This document shows positions 27,304-39,821 of a stretch of 64,000 bases of DNA, piece after piece. The notes below the pieces were generated by a model that was not told the origin of the DNA, did no database searches, and saw only the letters and a program-made list of their open reading frames with translations. The stretch lies in the NCBI RefSeq assembly GCF_013122565.1, contig NZ_CP053258.1, one strand, 5' to 3'. This stretch comes from Escherichia coli. Its GTDB lineage: Bacteria; Pseudomonadota; Gammaproteobacteria; Enterobacterales; Enterobacteriaceae. The position numbers and the translations under genes are program-made. The number at the start of each line of letters is the position of its first letter. The stretch's first letter is position 1.

Positions 27304-28665
27304 TCACTTACCGTGGGGGTTACGCGTGGTTTCCCCGGAGAAATTACGCATCAGCAGCGCGTAATTCAGTTCAAGATCCTGCGGTACCGGGATCCAAACA
27401 GTATAACCATCGCCAGGTGCGACCGGCATAGCTTCACCTTTGGCGTTTTCCATGTGCTCAAGGGTAAAGTTAATGTTGCCTTGCGGCGTCATCAGCTCGA
27501 GGCTGTCGCCAACGGAGAATTTATTTTTCACCGCTACCGCCGCGAGGTCCCCCTTGCGCTCACCGGTAAACTCACCAACAAACTGCTGGCGGTCAGAAAC
27601 CGAATAACCGTATTCGTAGTTCTGATAATCGTCGTGAGTATGACGACGCAGGAAACCTTCGGTATAGCCACGATGCGCCAGACCTTCCAGAGTTTCCAGC
27701 AGGCTGGTATCGAACGGTTTGCCCGCAGCGGCATCATCGATAGCTTTGCGATAAACCTGCGCGGTGCGTGCGCAATAGTAGAAAGATTTGGTACGGCCTT
27801 CGATTTTCAGCGAATGCACGCCCATTTTGGTCAGGCGTTCAACATGGGCGATGGCGCGCAGATCTTTCGAGTTCATGATGTAAGTGCCGTGCTCATCTTC
27901 AAACGCGGTCATATACTCGCCCGGACGCTGGGCTTCTTCGATCATAAACACTTTGTCGGTTGGCGCGCCGATACCCAGCGTCGGCTCAACATTTTGCACC
28001 GGAATCGGCTCGTACTTGTGTACGATGTTGCCAACGTCATCTTCTTTCCCTTCCTGGACGTTGTACTCCCAGCGGCAGGCGTTGGTGCAGGTACCCTGGT
28101 TCGGGTCGCGCTTGTTGATATAGCCAGAGAGCAGGCAGCGACCGGAGTAGGCCATGCACAGTGCGCCGTGAACGAAGATCTCGATCTCCATATCCGGCAC
28201 CTGATTGCGGATCTCTTCAATCTCTTCCAGCGACAGCTCGCGAGAGAGGATCACGCGGGTCAGGCCCATTTGCTGCCAGAATTTCACCGTCGCCCAGTTT
28301 ACGGCGTTAGCCTGCACCGAGAGGTGGATCGGCATTTCAGGGAAGTGCTCACGCACCAGCATAATCAACCCCGGATCGGACATAATCAGCGCATCCGGCC
28401 CCATCTCCACCACCGGTTTCAGGTCACGGATAAAGGTTTTCAGCTTGGCGTTGTGCGGGGCAATGTTGACCACGACATAAAACTTTTTCCCCAGCGCGTG
28501 GGCTTCATTGATGCCGAGCTGAAGATTTTCGTGGTTGAATTCGTTGTTGCGCACACGCAGGGAGTAACGCGGCTGGCCCGCATAAACAGCATCTGCGCCA
28601 TAAGCGAAAGCGTAACGCATATTTTTCAGCGTTCCCGCCGGGGAAAGGAGTTCCGGTTTAAACAT
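27304..28665 (-). CDS. yegQ: U32-family peptidase-like protein YegQ
   Basis: 453 aa, same length as K-12 YegQ; conserved position next to cyaR. Confidence 0.9.
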   Translation of the reverse strand: MFKPELLSPAGTLKNMRYAFAYGADAVYAGQPRYSLRVRNNEFNHENLQLGINEAHALGKKFYVVVNIAPHNAKLKTFIRDLKPVVEMGPDALIMSDPGLIMLVREHFPEMPIHLSVQANAVNWATVKFWQQMGLTRVILSRELSLEEIEEIRNQVPDMEIEIFVHGALCMAYSGRCLLSGYINKRDPNQGTCTNACRWEYNVQEGKEDDVGNIVHKYEPIPVQNVEPTLGIGAPTDKVFMIEEAQRPGEYMTAFEDEHGTYIMNSKDLRAIAHVERLTKMGVHSLKIEGRTKSFYYCARTAQVYRKAIDDAAAGKPFDTSLLETLEGLAHRGYTEGFLRRHTHDDYQNYEYGYSVSDRQQFVGEFTGERKGDLAAVAVKNKFSVGDSLELMTPQGNINFTLEHMENAKGEAMPVAPGDGYTVWIPVPQDLELNYALLMRNFSGETTRNPHGK

Positions 28666-28767
28666 AATTCTCTCGTTCTGATGACAGGTCAGATCCGCTT
28701 CACCTGATGAAGCGGCCAGGGGAGTGCCCCCACTTTAAGGGCGGGCATTGTAGCGCAATCGGCGGGT

Positions 28768-29064
28768 TTAGCTCCAGTGTAAATGTCTGGTGGCGTCCTG
28801 GTTTTGGTTAAGGATACGAATGACGATAATTTCCCCTGGTGATTGCAGGAAATAAATTACGTGGCGTTCAAAAGGAAGAACAAAAATACCTTCGCCTAAT
28901 TCAGGTCTGGGCGTACCTATATTATTGTTACTCAGAATCTGGAGAACGTCTGAAAGATGTTCCACATATCTGTCGGCTTGTGGTTCGCCGAAATGGTGAT
29001 AACTGTAATACCAGATGCCTTCTAAATCCTCATTGGCTTTTGGCATGAGTTTAATAATACGCAC
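28768..29064 (-). CDS. ParE/RelE-family type II toxin
   Basis: 98 aa; pattern ...GEGIFVLPFERHVIYFLQSPGEIIVIRILNQNQD typical of ParE toxins; starts one base after the antitoxin stop. Confidence 0.7.
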   Translation of the reverse strand: MRIIKLMPKANEDLEGIWYYSYHHFGEPQADRYVEHLSDVLQILSNNNIGTPRPELGEGIFVLPFERHVIYFLQSPGEIIVIRILNQNQDATRHLHWS

Positions 29065-29065
29065 A

Positions 29066-29317
29066 TTATTTCCTTATCCCTGCTTTCACCTTCCGTAAAA
29101 ACGCGTCCTTTTCCCACGGCTGAGCTTCACCACTACTCAACCCTTCTGCAAGCATGTCACGTAATGCTTGCAGGCGAGACTCTGCTTGCTTTTCTCGAAG
29201 TAAGCGCAGTGACTCACGGATCACTTCGCTTTGGGTGCGATAGTCGCCGGATTCAATTAAGGACTCGATAAATTCACGCAACTCATCGCCGAGATCAACC
29301 GTCATCGTTCTGGCCAT
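29066..29317 (-). CDS. ParD-like ribbon-helix-helix antitoxin
   Basis: Start chosen at MARTMTVDLGDELREFIESL (83 aa); small acidic RHH-like protein immediately upstream of the toxin; the track ORF extends to 29413. Confidence 0.65.
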   Translation of the reverse strand: MARTMTVDLGDELREFIESLIESGDYRTQSEVIRESLRLLREKQAESRLQALRDMLAEGLSSGEAQPWEKDAFLRKVKAGIRK

Positions 29318-29562
29318 TTTACGTCCGCCTGTAAGTAAAAATCTTACATCAGTGTATTTCATAAAACGCATAGCGTCACGAAAGTATTGGAAGATATTTT
29401 GGCATATGAACATGTTCAGGAGGGGATGGTAAACAAAGAAAGCACAACGAGTGCTCGTCAGTGCCCACTATTTTAATGGCGGAGGTTAATCTTAATTATC
29501 AATAACTAAGCGTTATTTTGATATAAAGCCGGACGCCAACAAACCCACGCCCGGCATCGTAA

Positions 29563-29895
29563 TTACGTATTGTCTTTTACCGTCTGACTTGTGCCATTGG
29601 CTTTAACGGAGGCAATTCCGGTTTCACGAGATTGCGCGGTGGCGTACATCTGGCTGGAGCCGATAATTTGATGATTGGCGGCTTTCAGATTGAAATAGAA
29701 TTTGCCGTTGCTTGCCGTTTTTTTCTCATAGCGTTCTTCTTGCGGGCTGTTGCTACGCACCGACGCGATGCCCTTTTCCGCAGAGGCTTTTGAGGTATAC
29801 AGCTCGCTGGTGAGGATAGTCTCACCATTGCCCGCTTTTAGCACAAACCGGAATTGATTATCACTGCTCTTACTGAGTTCAAACCAACCAGCCAT
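29563..29895 (-). CDS. yegP: DUF1508/UPF0339 protein YegP
   Basis: Start MAGWFELSK gives 110 aa as in K-12 YegP; two tandem DUF1508-like halves; next to baeR. Confidence 0.85.
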   Translation of the reverse strand: MAGWFELSKSSDNQFRFVLKAGNGETILTSELYTSKASAEKGIASVRSNSPQEERYEKKTASNGKFYFNLKAANHQIIGSSQMYATAQSRETGIASVKANGTSQTVKDNT

Positions 29896-30085
29896 AATGA
29901 CTCCTTGATTGAAATTGCGTATCGAAAACAGCATCTAAAGGTGCTGTTGACCGATTAAAGTATGAGCGATTTTCTGGTGCCTGCCAGGGCGGAGAGATAA
30001 TGTCAGTTTGCTGACCATACGTGGGATAATGTTGCCGGATCTGATCTGAACGCCATCTCCGGCTAACAAAGTAATGTCGCTAAAA

Positions 30086-30808
30086 CTAAACGATGCGGCA
30101 GGCGTCGGCTTCCCAGCGGTAACCAACGCCGTAAACGGCGCGGATAAATGACTGTTCGGCGTCGAGAGATTCCAGCTTGCGGCGCAGGTTTTTAATGTGG
30201 CTGTCGATGGTGCGGTCGGTTACTACGCGGTAGTCGTCATAAAGATGATTGAGCAATTGCTCGCGGGAGAACACTTTTCCTGGTTCGTGAGAGAGCGTTT
30301 TCAGCAGACGAAATTCCGCAGGCGTCAGGTCAAGCATTTTACCGCGCCATGAAGCCTGAAAACGACCTTCGTCGATAATCAACGGGCTTTCGGCATCCTG
30401 TTGCTGCAATTCGCGCTGCGGTTTGCAACGGCGCAAAATGGTTTTGACGCGCGCTACGACTTCCCGCGGGCTGTACGGCTTGCAGATATAATCATCTGCG
30501 CCAATTTCCAGCCCGAGCAGGCGGTCGATCTCTTCGATTTTCGCCGTCACCATCACGATCGGAATGTCAGAAAAACGACGAATTTCCCGGCACAGCGTCA
30601 GGCCATCGGTGCCAGGGAGCATCAGATCCAACAGGATCAGATCCGGTGGTGTCTGGCGCACATACGGCAGTACCTGATCGCCGTGGCTGATAAGCGTCGG
30701 CGCATAGCTCGCAGCACGCAGATAATCAATGAGCAACTGTCCCAGCTTCGGTTCATCTTCCACGATCAAAATACGCGGTGTGTTTTCGTCGATTGGTAAC
30801 TCGGTCAT
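30086..30808 (-). CDS. baeR: Response regulator BaeR (OmpR family)
   Basis: 240 aa; receiver domain plus winged-helix; last gene of the mdtABCD-baeSR operon. Confidence 0.95.
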
Positions 30809-32208
30809 ACTTCTCTCTGTAAATCCCGTTCCAGCGGTAACTCTACTGTAATGCTTACCCCGCCAAAAGGCGAATGGGCAGCAATAATGCGGCCATTATG
30901 TGCTACAACAATGTTCAGGCAAATCGCCAGCCCTAGCCCGGAACCGCCGCTGGCGCGGTTGCGGGAACCTTCGGTGCGATAAAAACGTTCAAACAATTTT
31001 TGTAGCTGATCGTCACTGACGCCCGGCGCGCTGTCGGCAAAGGTCAGTCGCACCGTTTTGTCGTGCTGCTCGGCAGAGATTTTCAGGCTGCCGCCGCTGT
31101 CAGTGTAGCGCAGACTGTTTTCAAGTAAGTTATTGAACAGCTGCATTAAACGGTCGCGATCGCCAAATACGGTAATACTGTCTGGCAGGGAAAATTGCAG
31201 TTTCAGGCCACGGCTGGCAAATCGTTCGCGAAATGCGCCGCCCGCCACTTCCAGCAGTGGGATCAAATCTACCGGTGCTTTTTGATAGGCGAGAGCGCCT
31301 TCATCAGACATCGACAACTGATGAAGATCGTCTACCAGTTTGGTCAGTGTACCGACCTCCATCTGTAAAGACGCCACCGTCTCCGGCGTGAATTTGCGCA
31401 CGCCATCCTGAATGGCTTCCAGTTCACCGCGCAGCACCGCTAATGGCGTACGCAGTTCGTGAGAAATATCGGCCATAAAATCGCGCCGCATTTGCTGGTT
31501 TTTCTCCAGCGTGCTGGCGAGCTGGTTGAAGTCTTGCGCCAGTTTGCCCAGTTCATCTTCACTGGTGGGCGTTACGCGGGTAGTGAAATCGCCCGCCGCC
31601 AGTTTGTGCGTGCCATCGACAAGTCGTTTTACCGGTGCCAGCAAACCGCGCGCCAGCAGAAAGGTGGCGAGCGCCGCGAGTAACGTTGCCAGGGCGACAA
31701 TCAGCCAGCTGGTTTGCCGCTGTTGTTTATCGAAATTGATATCAGTATTGCGGGTCAGCCGCTCAACAGGGGAGGCAATCACCGCGCCCACTTCCGCACC
31801 GTTGACCAGAATGGGTCGCCGTGTACCGTCAGGTGGAATCGGCGCTCGCGGACCAACCAGCACCTTGTTGTTTTGATCAACCACCCAGAACTGAGTACGC
31901 CAGCCGTGCGGTGGCATACCCGGGCCGGGTTTATCTTCCGAATTATCGTGTTCAAATGAACGCAGGATCTGAAAGACAAAGCGATCATTGTTGCGCAGGA
32001 AGCGCCAGTTGCCATGCTGCGCATACTGCTCGCCAAGCGCATCACTTAACAGTTGTAATCGCTGTTCATTACCATGCTTGATGTAATCAATAAAGCCACG
32101 CTCAAAACTGATACGCACCGCCCAGTGCATACTGATCAGCAAGACAATGCAGGTGGCGAAAATCGCCAGAAACAGTTTGCCGGTAATACCGGGTCGCCAG
32201 AACTTCAT
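30805..32208 (-). CDS. baeS: Sensor histidine kinase BaeS
   Basis: 467 aa; two TM segments, HAMP, H-box (SHELRTP) and ATPase domain; overlaps the baeR start. Confidence 0.95.
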
Positions 32209-33620
32209 TGCGCGCTCCTTTTTCGCCGCGAAATAGCTACATTTTGATGCGTATCGTTCGGCACTCTGGCAAAGATGAACGCCGGAAGGGCGATGATAAA
32301 CGCCATGCTAAGCCAGGTGTACATAAAGACGGTTTGTGTGGTGCCGCTGTCGACGCTGACATGCTGCGAACCAAAAAGTCCCAGCAACAGCCCGGCGATG
32401 GTGACGCCGATACTCATCGACAATTGCATAATCATCGACAGCAGACTGTTGCCGCTGCTCGCCAGATTGTCCGGGAGATCTTTCAGCGTCAGGGTGTTCA
32501 TGGAGGAGAAACGGGTCGAGTTGACCATCCCTTGTAAAAACAGGACGAACGGCAAAACGTAGTACCAGCCCAACAGAGCGGTAGTCATAAACAACAGGGT
32601 GACCAGCGACAGACCCAGCGTGGTCGCTACCAGTACCCGACGATAACCAAAGCGATTCACCACCTGTACAACAATCCGCTTCATCCCCATGCTGCCAAGC
32701 ACCATCGGGATCATCATCAGTCCGGCATGAAACGGTGAGAAGCCAAGGCCAATTTGCAGGAAAACCGGCGTCATAAAGGGCAACATGCCGCTACCGATAC
32801 GTCCGGCAAAGCTCCCCGCCAGGCCCAGCGAAAAGGTACGAGTGCGGAACAGTTTCAGACTGAAAAGAGCGCGGTTGTTATTTCTGGCGTGCAGCAGATA
32901 AAGCACCAGTGCCACCACGCCAACTGCGACCAGGCCAGCAATCGCCAGCGGCGATAAACCTGTACCTTTACTGCCGTCCAGCGCCAGGGTTAATACCGCC
33001 ATGCCAACCGCCAGCAATAAAAATCCGGAGAGATCAAAGCGCCGCGTCTGCATGGTGTAGTTCGGCATTAACATCAGCGTGGCGATCGCGCCGATAATCC
33101 CCACCGGAATGTTGATCAAAAAGATCCAGTGCCAGGAGGCGTATTCCACCAACAGACCGCCGAGCGCCGGACCGAGCAGCGGCCCGACCTGACCGGGTAA
33201 CGTGACAAAGGTCATCGCCGCCATATATTGCTCGCGCGGTACGATTTTCATCACCGTCAACCTGCCGACCGGCACCATCATCGCACCGCCAACACCCTGT
33301 AACGCACGTGCCAGCAACAGTTCGTTCAGCGTGCCGGAAAGCGCGCAAAACAGTGAACCGAGAGTAAACAGCACGATGGCGGTAAAGAAAATATTGCGCA
33401 CGCCGACTTTGTCCGCCAGCCAGCCGCTGGCGGGCAGCATCACCGCCACGGTCAGCACATAAGAGACAATGACCATGTGCATATGCAACGGACTTTCCCC
33501 GAGGCTTTGCGCCATTGAGGGAAGGGCGGTGTTTACGATGGTGGTGTCCAGCGACTGCATAAAGAAGCCGAAAGCCACAATCCACAATTGCCAGCGGGTG
33601 CTGTCGGGAAGATCTGTCAT
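32205..33620 (-). CDS. mdtD: MFS transporter MdtD
   Basis: 471 aa, polytopic membrane protein, operon position. Confidence 0.95.
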   Translation of the reverse strand: MTDLPDSTRWQLWIVAFGFFMQSLDTTIVNTALPSMAQSLGESPLHMHMVIVSYVLTVAVMLPASGWLADKVGVRNIFFTAIVLFTLGSLFCALSGTLNELLLARALQGVGGAMMVPVGRLTVMKIVPREQYMAAMTFVTLPGQVGPLLGPALGGLLVEYASWHWIFLINIPVGIIGAIATLMLMPNYTMQTRRFDLSGFLLLAVGMAVLTLALDGSKGTGLSPLAIAGLVAVGVVALVLYLLHARNNNRALFSLKLFRTRTFSLGLAGSFAGRIGSGMLPFMTPVFLQIGLGFSPFHAGLMMIPMVLGSMGMKRIVVQVVNRFGYRRVLVATTLGLSLVTLLFMTTALLGWYYVLPFVLFLQGMVNSTRFSSMNTLTLKDLPDNLASSGNSLLSMIMQLSMSIGVTIAGLLLGLFGSQHVSVDSGTTQTVFMYTWLSMAFIIALPAFIFARVPNDTHQNVAISRRKRSAQ

Positions 33621-36600
33621 TTACTCGGTTACCGTTTGTTTAGGTTTACGCGAAAAACGCAGCCGCAGACGGTCGAAAAAGAGATACACCACCGGCGTGG
33701 TATACAGCGTCAGGAGCTGACTCATCACCAGACCGCCGACAATGGTGATCCCCAAGGGTTGGCGCAGCTCCGAGCCGTCACCGCCCGACAACACCAGCGG
33801 CAGCGCGCCAAACAGCGCCGCCAGGGTAGTCATCATAATCGGGCGAAAACGCAGCAGACAGGCCTGGAAAATAGCTTCCTGCGGCGTCAGGTTACCGTGC
33901 CGTTGGGCTTCAAGCGCAAAATCGACCATCATAATGGCGTTTTTCTTCACGATGCCGATTAATAGCATGATCCCTATCAGGGCGATTAGGCTGAACGGGG
34001 CATTGAACAGCTCCAGCGCCAGCAGCGCTCCAACGCCCGCCGAGGGCAGGGTGGAGAGAATCGTCAGCGGATGTACGTAACTCTCGTAAAGGATACCCAG
34101 CACGATATACACCGTGGCGATGGCGGCGATAATCAGGATCACCTGCGAGTTCATCGTCTCCTGGAACACCTGCGCCGTGCCGGCAAAACTGCCGCGCACC
34201 GTCGAAGGCACGCCAAGCTGGGTCATTGCGCGGTCGATCGCGGCACTGGCGTCCGAGAGCGATTTCCCGGTCGGCAGGTTGAACGAGATGGTCGAGGCCG
34301 CCGATAATCCCTGATGATTCACCGACAGCGGAGCATTCGCCGGTTGCCATTTAGCGAAATACGACAGCGGGATCGCTTTGCCTTCGTTATTGATAACGAA
34401 CATTTTTTCCAGCGCGCTGATGTCCTGGGTATAGCGCGGATCCACTTCCATCACCACTTTATACTGGTTCATCGGCTGGTAAATGGTCGAGATTTGCCGC
34501 TGACCGAAGGCGTTATTTAACAGGCTGTTGGCGGCCTGTACGTCGATTCCCAGCCGTGCCATGGTGTCGCGATCGTAAACCAGATTCATCTCCGCGCCGT
34601 TATCCTGCTGATCGGAGTTCACGTCCGCCAGTTCCGGCAATGTCGCCAGTTTTTTGCGGATTTTCGGCTCCCATTCGCGCAGTGCCGCCAGGTCGTCGGA
34701 TAACAACGTGTACTGGTAGCTGGCGTTCGACTGACGCCCACCAACGCGAATATCCTGTACCGCCATCAGGAACAGATTCGCCCCCGGTTCTTTCGCCAGT
34801 TTTACGCGCAGACGGTCGATAATTTGCTGCGCTGTTTCGCTGCGTTCGTCGCGTGGCTTGAGGGTGATAAACATCATGCCGCTGTTCACTCGCGAACCGC
34901 CGGTAAATCCGGTGACATTATCCACTGCCGGATCGTCACGGATAATTTTCATGAAATCCTGCAATTTGCCGCGCATTGCCTGAAACGAAATACTCTGATC
35001 CGCCTGTATCCCGCCCATCAGCACGCCGGTGTCTTGTTCCGGGAAGAAGGTCTTCGGGATCGAGATATAGAGCCAGATATTCAAAGCAATGGTGCCAAGC
35101 AGCACCACGCCCACCAGACGGGTATGATTGAGCACCCATTTCAGTGACTTACCATAGCCTTGTTGCAGGGCTACCAACATGCGACCAAAACCACGCAGTC
35201 GCTTTTGCTCGCGCGGCTTGCTGGCTTTCAGCATCCAGCCACACATCATTGGCGTTAATGTCAGAGAAACCAGCAACGAAATACCAATGGCGACAGAAAG
35301 CGTCACGGCAAACTCGCGTAACAGTCGGCCCGGCAATCCGCCCATCAACAGCAGCGGCAGGAACACCGCCACCAGTGACAGACTCATCGACAGCACCGTA
35401 AAGCCGACTTCGCGAGTACCTTGTAGCGCGGCCTGTAGTGGTTTCATCCCCGCTTCCAGATGACGGGCAATGTTTTCCAGCACCACGATGGCGTCATCCA
35501 CCACGAAACCAGTAGCGATGGTGAGCGCCATTAACGACAGGTTATTGAGACTGAATCCGCACAGGTACATCGCCGCAAACGTACCAATCAGCGAAACCGG
35601 CACCGCAACGGCGGGAATAATAGTGGCGCGACCCGAGCGCAGGAATAAAAAGACCACCAGAATCACCAGCGCCACCGAGATAATCAGCGTTTGCTCGACT
35701 TCTTCCAGCGAGGCGCGAATGGTGGGGGAGCGATCCTGAGCAATTTGCAGATCAATCGCCGCCGGAATGGTCTCCTGCAACTCCGGTAATTTTGCCCGGA
35801 TGCTGTCTACCGTCTGGATAATATTGGCTTCCGGCAGTTTGCGGATCATCAGCAAAATAGCCGGTTTGGCGTTGGTCATCCCGGCGTTGCGCACATCCTG
35901 CACTGAGTCGGTTACCGTTGCCACATCGCCCAGACGAACCGCACCACCATTGTTGTAGTGAATAATCAGCGGCTGATATTCAGCGGCGGTTTTCAGTTCA
36001 TCGTTGGTCTGGATCTGCCAGCGGTGAATGCCATCTTCCAGCGCCCCCTGTGGTTTACGTACGTTGGCATTGCTGATGGCAGTGCGTACGTCGTCCAGCG
36101 ACACGCCCTGATTAAACAGTGCTTGCGGGTTCAGCCCGACGCGCACCGCAGGCAGCGAGCTGCCGCCGACATCGACATCACCGACGCCGTCGATTTGAGA
36201 AATCGTCGGAGCCAGCTGCGTCGAGGCAAAATCGTACAGTTCACCTTGCGAATAAGTATCGGACGTCAGCGTGAGGATCATAATTGGCGCATCCGACGGG
36301 TTCGCTTTGCGATAGGTCGGACGGCTGGGCATCCCGCTGGGCAGCAAACTTTGTGCAGCGTTGATCGCCGCCTGCACATCGCGCGCTGCGCCGTTGATAT
36401 CGCGGTCAAAATCAAACTGCAAAATAATGCGCGTGCTGCCGAGCGAACTGCTGGAGGTCATTTCACTGACCCCGGCAATGCGCCCAAGTGATCGCTCCAG
36501 CGGCGTGGCAACGGAAGACGCCATTGTTTCTGGTGACGCACCGGGCAGCGAGGCGCTGACCATAATCACTGGAAAATCGACCTGCGGCAGCGGGGCGACC

Positions 36601-36698
36601 GGCAGCATACGGAAACCCAGTATGCCGCACAGGGTAATGGCGACCGACAGTAAAATCGTTGCCACCGGGCGGTAAATGAAGAGGGCAAAAAACTTCAC
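33621..36698 (-). CDS. mdtC: RND multidrug efflux pump subunit MdtC
   Basis: 1025 aa RND transporter; same length as K-12 MdtC. Confidence 0.95.
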   Translation of the reverse strand: MKFFALFIYRPVATILLSVAITLCGILGFRMLPVAPLPQVDFPVIMVSASLPGASPETMASSVATPLERSLGRIAGVSEMTSSSSLGSTRIILQFDFDRDINGAARDVQAAINAAQSLLPSGMPSRPTYRKANPSDAPIMILTLTSDTYSQGELYDFASTQLAPTISQIDGVGDVDVGGSSLPAVRVGLNPQALFNQGVSLDDVRTAISNANVRKPQGALEDGIHRWQIQTNDELKTAAEYQPLIIHYNNGGAVRLGDVATVTDSVQDVRNAGMTNAKPAILLMIRKLPEANIIQTVDSIRAKLPELQETIPAAIDLQIAQDRSPTIRASLEEVEQTLIISVALVILVVFLFLRSGRATIIPAVAVPVSLIGTFAAMYLCGFSLNNLSLMALTIATGFVVDDAIVVLENIARHLEAGMKPLQAALQGTREVGFTVLSMSLSLVAVFLPLLLMGGLPGRLLREFAVTLSVAIGISLLVSLTLTPMMCGWMLKASKPREQKRLRGFGRMLVALQQGYGKSLKWVLNHTRLVGVVLLGTIALNIWLYISIPKTFFPEQDTGVLMGGIQADQSISFQAMRGKLQDFMKIIRDDPAVDNVTGFTGGSRVNSGMMFITLKPRDERSETAQQIIDRLRVKLAKEPGANLFLMAVQDIRVGGRQSNASYQYTLLSDDLAALREWEPKIRKKLATLPELADVNSDQQDNGAEMNLVYDRDTMARLGIDVQAANSLLNNAFGQRQISTIYQPMNQYKVVMEVDPRYTQDISALEKMFVINNEGKAIPLSYFAKWQPANAPLSVNHQGLSAASTISFNLPTGKSLSDASAAIDRAMTQLGVPSTVRGSFAGTAQVFQETMNSQVILIIAAIATVYIVLGILYESYVHPLTILSTLPSAGVGALLALELFNAPFSLIALIGIMLLIGIVKKNAIMMVDFALEAQRHGNLTPQEAIFQACLLRFRPIMMTTLAALFGALPLVLSGGDGSELRQPLGITIVGGLVMSQLLTLYTTPVVYLFFDRLRLRFSRKPKQTVTE

Positions 36699-39600
36699 TT
36701 ACGCCTCCTCTTCATGACGGGCAAAGCGACTTTTGGTCCACAATGCCAGGCGGTCGAACAGCAGATAAATCACCGGCGTGGTGAACAGCGTCAGCACCTG
36801 GCTGACAATCAGACCGCCGACCATGCCGATACCTAACGGACGACGCAGTTCCGCGCCGACCCCGGTACTCAACATCAGCGGCAGCGCGCCAAGCAGAGCC
36901 GCCAGGGTGGTCATCAGGATCGGACGAAAACGCAACAGACAAGCCTGGTAGATTGCATCGCGCGGCGACATGCCTTGCTCGCGCTCAGCAGCCAGCGCGA
37001 AGTCGATCATCATGATGGCGTTCTTCTTCACGATACCGATCAGCAAAATAATGCCGATAATCGCAATCACATCCAGTTCGCTACCGGCAATCATTAACGC
37101 CAGCAGTGCGCCAACACCTGCCGTGGGTAGCGTCGAGAGAATGGTGATCGGGTGAATAAAGCTCTCGTACAGAATGCCGAGCACGATATACATCGCCACC
37201 ACCGCCGCGACAATCAGCCAGACGGTGCTGCCCAGCGCCGACTGGAAGGCGAGGGTGCTGCCCTGGAACTGCGTGGTGATATCCACCGGCAGATTCAGAG
37301 TCTTTTCGGTGTCCATAATCGCCTGCACCGCATCGCCCAGCGAATAGTTATCCGGCACGTTAAAGGAGATGGTCGTTACCGGGAACTGATCCAGATGGTT
37401 GATGGAAAGCGGCGCAAAACGCTGCTCAATTTTGGCAATTGAGCTTAACGGCACCACGCCACCGTCGCTGCTGGTCAGGCGAATGGTATCCAGCGCCGCG
37501 AGGCCTGGGGTATTTTCGGTGTTGTGCTCCAGCACCACGCGATACTGGTTAGCCTGAGTATAAATAGTGGAAATCAGCCGCTGACCAAACGCGTTGTACA
37601 GGGCGTTATCGACGTCCGCCATGCTGATCCCCAGACGGCTGGCGCTGTCGCGATCAACATTGACATACGCCACCAGCCCTTTGTCCTGCCAGTCGCTGGA
37701 GACATCAGATAGCTGTGGCAGCTGCTGGAGTTTTTCCATCAACTGTGGCACCCAGGTACTGAGCGCATCCAGTGACGTGGCCTGCAAGGTAAACTGGTAC
37801 TGGGTGCGGCTGACCTGAGTATCGATGGTCAGGTCCTGCGTTGGTTGCAGGAAGAGATCGACGCCCGGCACTTTATCCACCGCCGTTTGCAGACGGGCGA
37901 TGACTTTTTGCACCCGATCATCACGTTCATCCAGCGGTTTGAGGTTGATCTGCAAACGCGCACTGTTCAGCGACGGGTTAGTGCCATCAACGCCAACAAA
38001 TGAGGTCAGACTTTGCACTGCCGGATCCTGCAAAATCACGTCCGCGACCTGGCGTTGCCGCTGGGCCATATTGGCAAAGGAGCTGGATTGCGGTGCCTGC
38101 AAAGTGCCCTGAATAATGCCGTTATCCTGTACCGGGAAGAAACCTTTCGGAATGAACACCCACAATAGAACGCTAAGCAGCAGCGTGCTGAGCGCCACGC
38201 TTAAGGTCAGCCACGGATGATTCAGCACTTTCGCAAGTCCCTGACCATAGGCGGCGATTATCCTGTCGAACATTTTTTCCGAGGCACGGGAGAAGCGGTT
38301 CTGTTTACGCAGTGACTCCTGGCTGAGCATCCGCGCGCACATCATCGGTGTCAGGGTCAGCGACACCACGGCTGAGATCAAAATCGCTACCGCCAGGGTA
38401 ATAGCAAATTCGCGGAACAGTCGCCCGACGATATCGCCCATAAACAGCAGTGGGATCAACACCGCAATCAGCGAGAAGGTCAGCGAGATAATGGTAAAGC
38501 CGATTTCACCCGCGCCTTTGAGCGCCGCCGCCAACGGTTTTTCGCCTTTTTCGATATAGCGGGAAATGTTTTCGATCACCACGATGGCGTCATCGACCAC
38601 AAATCCGGTGGCGATAGTTAACGCCATCAGCGTCAGGTTATTGATTGAAAAATCGAGAAACACCATGACCGCGAAGGTGCCGATTAACGACAGCGGCACT
38701 GCGACGCCGGGAATGATGGTCGCCGGAATATTGCGCAAAAACAGGTAGATAATCATGACTACCAGCGCGATAGCCATCATCAATTCAAACTGAGTATCAT
38801 CGACGGATGCGCGGATATTGGTGGTACGGTCAGAAAGTACCGTCACCTTCACCGATTTCGGCAGACTCTCGGTGAGCTGTGGCAGCATCTGCCGGATGCT
38901 GTCGGCGGTGGAGATAATGTTAGCACCGGGCTGGCGCTGAACATTCATCACAATGGCCTGTTCTTTGTTCGCCCATGCGCCGAGCCAGCTGTTTTCTGCA
39001 CCTTGCTCTACGGTTGCGACATCGCCCAGACGAATCGGCGCGCCGTTCTGGTAGGCGATGATTAGCTGGCGATACTCTTCGGCGGATTGCATCTGGTCGT
39101 TAGCGGAAAGCGTAACCGCACGGGAAGGGCCGTCAAGGCTACCTTTAGCCGAGTTAACGTTAGCGCCGGTAATGGCGGTGCGCACGGTTTCGCTGGTCAG
39201 GCCGAGGGCGGCAATCGCCTGAGCGTTAAGTTTGACGCGAACAGCCGGACGCTGGCCGCCGGAAAGCGTCACCAGACCGACGCCGGAAATCTGCGAGATT
39301 TTCTGCGCGACGCGGGTTTCCACCATATCTTCCACTTGCGTCATCGGCATGGCTGTTGAGGTGACGGCGAGCGTCATGATCGGCGGATCTGCCGGGTTCA
39401 CTTTGCTGTAAACCGGCGGGTTAGGCAGATCGCTCGGCAACAAGTTGGTCGCAGCGTTAATCGCGGCCTGTACTTCCTGCTCGGCGACATCCAGCGGTAA
39501 TGTTAGCTGGAACTGCAAAGTGATAACTGACGCACCGCCGGAACTTTGCGACGACATCTGTTTCAGACCAGACATCTGCCCGAACTGGCGTTCGAGCGGC

Positions 39601-39821
39601 GCGGTAACGGCAGAGGTCATGACATCCGGGCTCGCACCTGGGTAGAGCGTGACCACCTGAATGGTCGGATAGTCCACTTCCGGCAGCGCCGAAACGGGCA
39701 GGGCGCGATAACCGATAATCCCGGCGAGTAAGATCGCCACCATCAGCAGCGTGGTGGCCACAGGACGCATAATAAACAGGCGCGACGGGCCGCCTGTGCT
39801 GCTCGGGGGTAACACCTGCAT
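36699..39821 (-). CDS. mdtB: RND multidrug efflux pump subunit MdtB
   Basis: 1040 aa RND transporter; same length as K-12 MdtB. Confidence 0.95.
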   Translation of the reverse strand: MQVLPPSSTGGPSRLFIMRPVATTLLMVAILLAGIIGYRALPVSALPEVDYPTIQVVTLYPGASPDVMTSAVTAPLERQFGQMSGLKQMSSQSSGGASVITLQFQLTLPLDVAEQEVQAAINAATNLLPSDLPNPPVYSKVNPADPPIMTLAVTSTAMPMTQVEDMVETRVAQKISQISGVGLVTLSGGQRPAVRVKLNAQAIAALGLTSETVRTAITGANVNSAKGSLDGPSRAVTLSANDQMQSAEEYRQLIIAYQNGAPIRLGDVATVEQGAENSWLGAWANKEQAIVMNVQRQPGANIISTADSIRQMLPQLTESLPKSVKVTVLSDRTTNIRASVDDTQFELMMAIALVVMIIYLFLRNIPATIIPGVAVPLSLIGTFAVMVFLDFSINNLTLMALTIATGFVVDDAIVVIENISRYIEKGEKPLAAALKGAGEIGFTIISLTFSLIAVLIPLLFMGDIVGRLFREFAITLAVAILISAVVSLTLTPMMCARMLSQESLRKQNRFSRASEKMFDRIIAAYGQGLAKVLNHPWLTLSVALSTLLLSVLLWVFIPKGFFPVQDNGIIQGTLQAPQSSSFANMAQRQRQVADVILQDPAVQSLTSFVGVDGTNPSLNSARLQINLKPLDERDDRVQKVIARLQTAVDKVPGVDLFLQPTQDLTIDTQVSRTQYQFTLQATSLDALSTWVPQLMEKLQQLPQLSDVSSDWQDKGLVAYVNVDRDSASRLGISMADVDNALYNAFGQRLISTIYTQANQYRVVLEHNTENTPGLAALDTIRLTSSDGGVVPLSSIAKIEQRFAPLSINHLDQFPVTTISFNVPDNYSLGDAVQAIMDTEKTLNLPVDITTQFQGSTLAFQSALGSTVWLIVAAVVAMYIVLGILYESFIHPITILSTLPTAGVGALLALMIAGSELDVIAIIGIILLIGIVKKNAIMMIDFALAAEREQGMSPRDAIYQACLLRFRPILMTTLAALLGALPLMLSTGVGAELRRPLGIGMVGGLIVSQVLTLFTTPVIYLLFDRLALWTKSRFARHEEEA

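Noticed and set aside
27313-28707. 464-aa plus-strand ORF spanning the whole of yegQ on the opposite strand
   Set aside because: Runs exactly antisense to a well-supported conserved gene with no start context of its own; long shadow ORFs of this kind arise from codon bias. Treated as non-coding.
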